The position numbers were made by a program, and so were the translations under genes. The notes under the pieces were generated by a model that saw nothing but the letters and a program-made list of their open reading frames with translations, did not search any database and had not been told where the DNA came from. A DNA stretch of 64,000 nt from positions 7,226 to 71,225 of the forward strand of contig JBAXRK010000007.1 of the NCBI GenBank assembly GCA_037131245.1, written 5' to 3'. Shown one piece after another: positions 63,542 to 64,000 of this stretch; positions within the stretch are counted from its first letter, which is position 1, and every line of letters starts with the position of its first letter. The DNA comes from Candidatus Omnitrophota bacterium. GTDB taxonomy: Bacteria > Omnitrophota > Gorgyraeia > Zapsychrales > Fredricksoniimonadaceae.

Positions 63542-64000
63542 ATGACCTTGTTATTCATTCGTATTTTTTTTACGGTGCTCAGCGGTATTGTCGGTTATCT
63601 GATCGGCAGTTTTTACAATCAGGAAGTTTTTGGTACCGCGTGCGGCCTGGCTGGGGCAGGGGTCTGGGTTGGCGTGGAGGCGATGACAAAGCAGGTTTCC
63701 GTGCGGGGGCTTTCCAGCGTGGTTTTCGGGCTGGTGTTCGGTGTGATCATGGCCAAGCTAGTCTCGGATATCCTGGCGCTGGTGCCGTTCAGCGAAACAT
63801 TCCATGCGGCGTTGCGGGTGGTGCTCACCTTGATCTTCTCGTATCTCGGCGCTGTGATCGCGCTGCGCGGCAAGGATGAGTTCAATTTGATCATTCCGTA
63901 TGTTCGTTTTAAGCGCACGGATGTGAAGGATAGCGTTATTTTGCTCGATACCAGCGCGATCATTGACGGCCGCGTTGCCGATATTTTTCGCAGCCATTTT
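63542..64000 (+). CDS. PIN/TRAM-domain membrane protein (YacL-like), 3' end beyond the window
   Basis: The frame is open from ATG 63542 to the window end and is not in the ORF track. It has N-terminal TM helices, then ILLDTSAIIDGRVADI, which is typical of the PIN domain start. radA-yacL adjacency is seen in Firmicutes. Confidence 0.65.
   Translation, partial: MTLLFIRIFFTVLSGIVGYLIGSFYNQEVFGTACGLAGAGVWVGVEAMTKQVSVRGLSSVVFGLVFGVIMAKLVSDILALVPFSETFHAALRVVLTLIFSYLGAVIALRGKDEFNLIIPYVRFKRTDVKDSVILLDTSAIIDGRVADIFRSHF

Noticed and set aside
1-64000. Search by eye for CRISPR arrays, rRNA, transposases, integrases, group II introns and long direct repeats
   Set aside because: I found no regularly spaced repeats, no rRNA-like sequence and no ORF with integrase or transposase motifs. 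The only repeated non-coding elements are the tRNA-trailer hairpins reported above. Absence is based on manual reading, not a computed search.

Overview
This 64-kb window looks like a diderm (LPS-making) bacterium. It is roughly 55-62% GC by hand counts of single lines. Genes are tightly packed and many stops overlap the next start. I cannot assign a lineage from sequence alone. The gene content and fusions (LpxC-FabZ, BioD-BioA, McsAB-ClpC next to an LPS pathway) suggest an uncultivated, non-proteobacterial phylum, but that is only an inference.

Most of the window is housekeeping:
- glmU-prs-rplY-pth
- rpsF-ssb-rpsR-rplI-dnaB
- bamA-skp-lpxD-lpxC/fabZ-lpxA-lpxI
- a BirA-controlled birA-bioF-bioH-bioC-bioD/A operon
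- mnmA, pgi, rmuC, pgeF, cutA, hisG, ispE, lysS
- lolCE/lolD, ilvE, mcsA-mcsB-clpC, mlaEFD, radA
- three tRNAs (Leu-CAA, Ala-GGC, Gln-TTG)

Two regions are accessory.

(1) nt 1-12158 is the main candidate for a novel system.
- It is a same-strand, translationally coupled block of 13 genes, and seven of them are radical-SAM enzymes.
- Its core resembles the His-Xaa-Ser (HxsABCD) maturation system, which as far as I know has only been described computationally.
- The core includes a 103-aa precursor-like gene with a His-x-Asn/Ser repeat and four Cys.
- Around the core sit a methylthiotransferase-like enzyme, an SDR, a Dph6-like ATP pyrophosphatase and a secreted protein with about 19 Cys.
- A convergent gene overlaps the block's 3' end. 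It encodes a Flp-type prepilin leader fused to about 500 aa with about 30 Cys.

(2) nt 26801-31498 is a low-GC islet bracketed by two tRNA genes.
- It carries a 1135-aa compositionally mosaic protein (conserved N-domain, HEAT-like repeats, GNAT-like motif).
- It also carries a Gp49/HigB-type toxin-antitoxin pair.
- Both flanking tRNAs have unusual nested 3' trailer hairpins that pair with the tRNA 3' end.

I saw no rRNA, CRISPR array, transposase or integrase.
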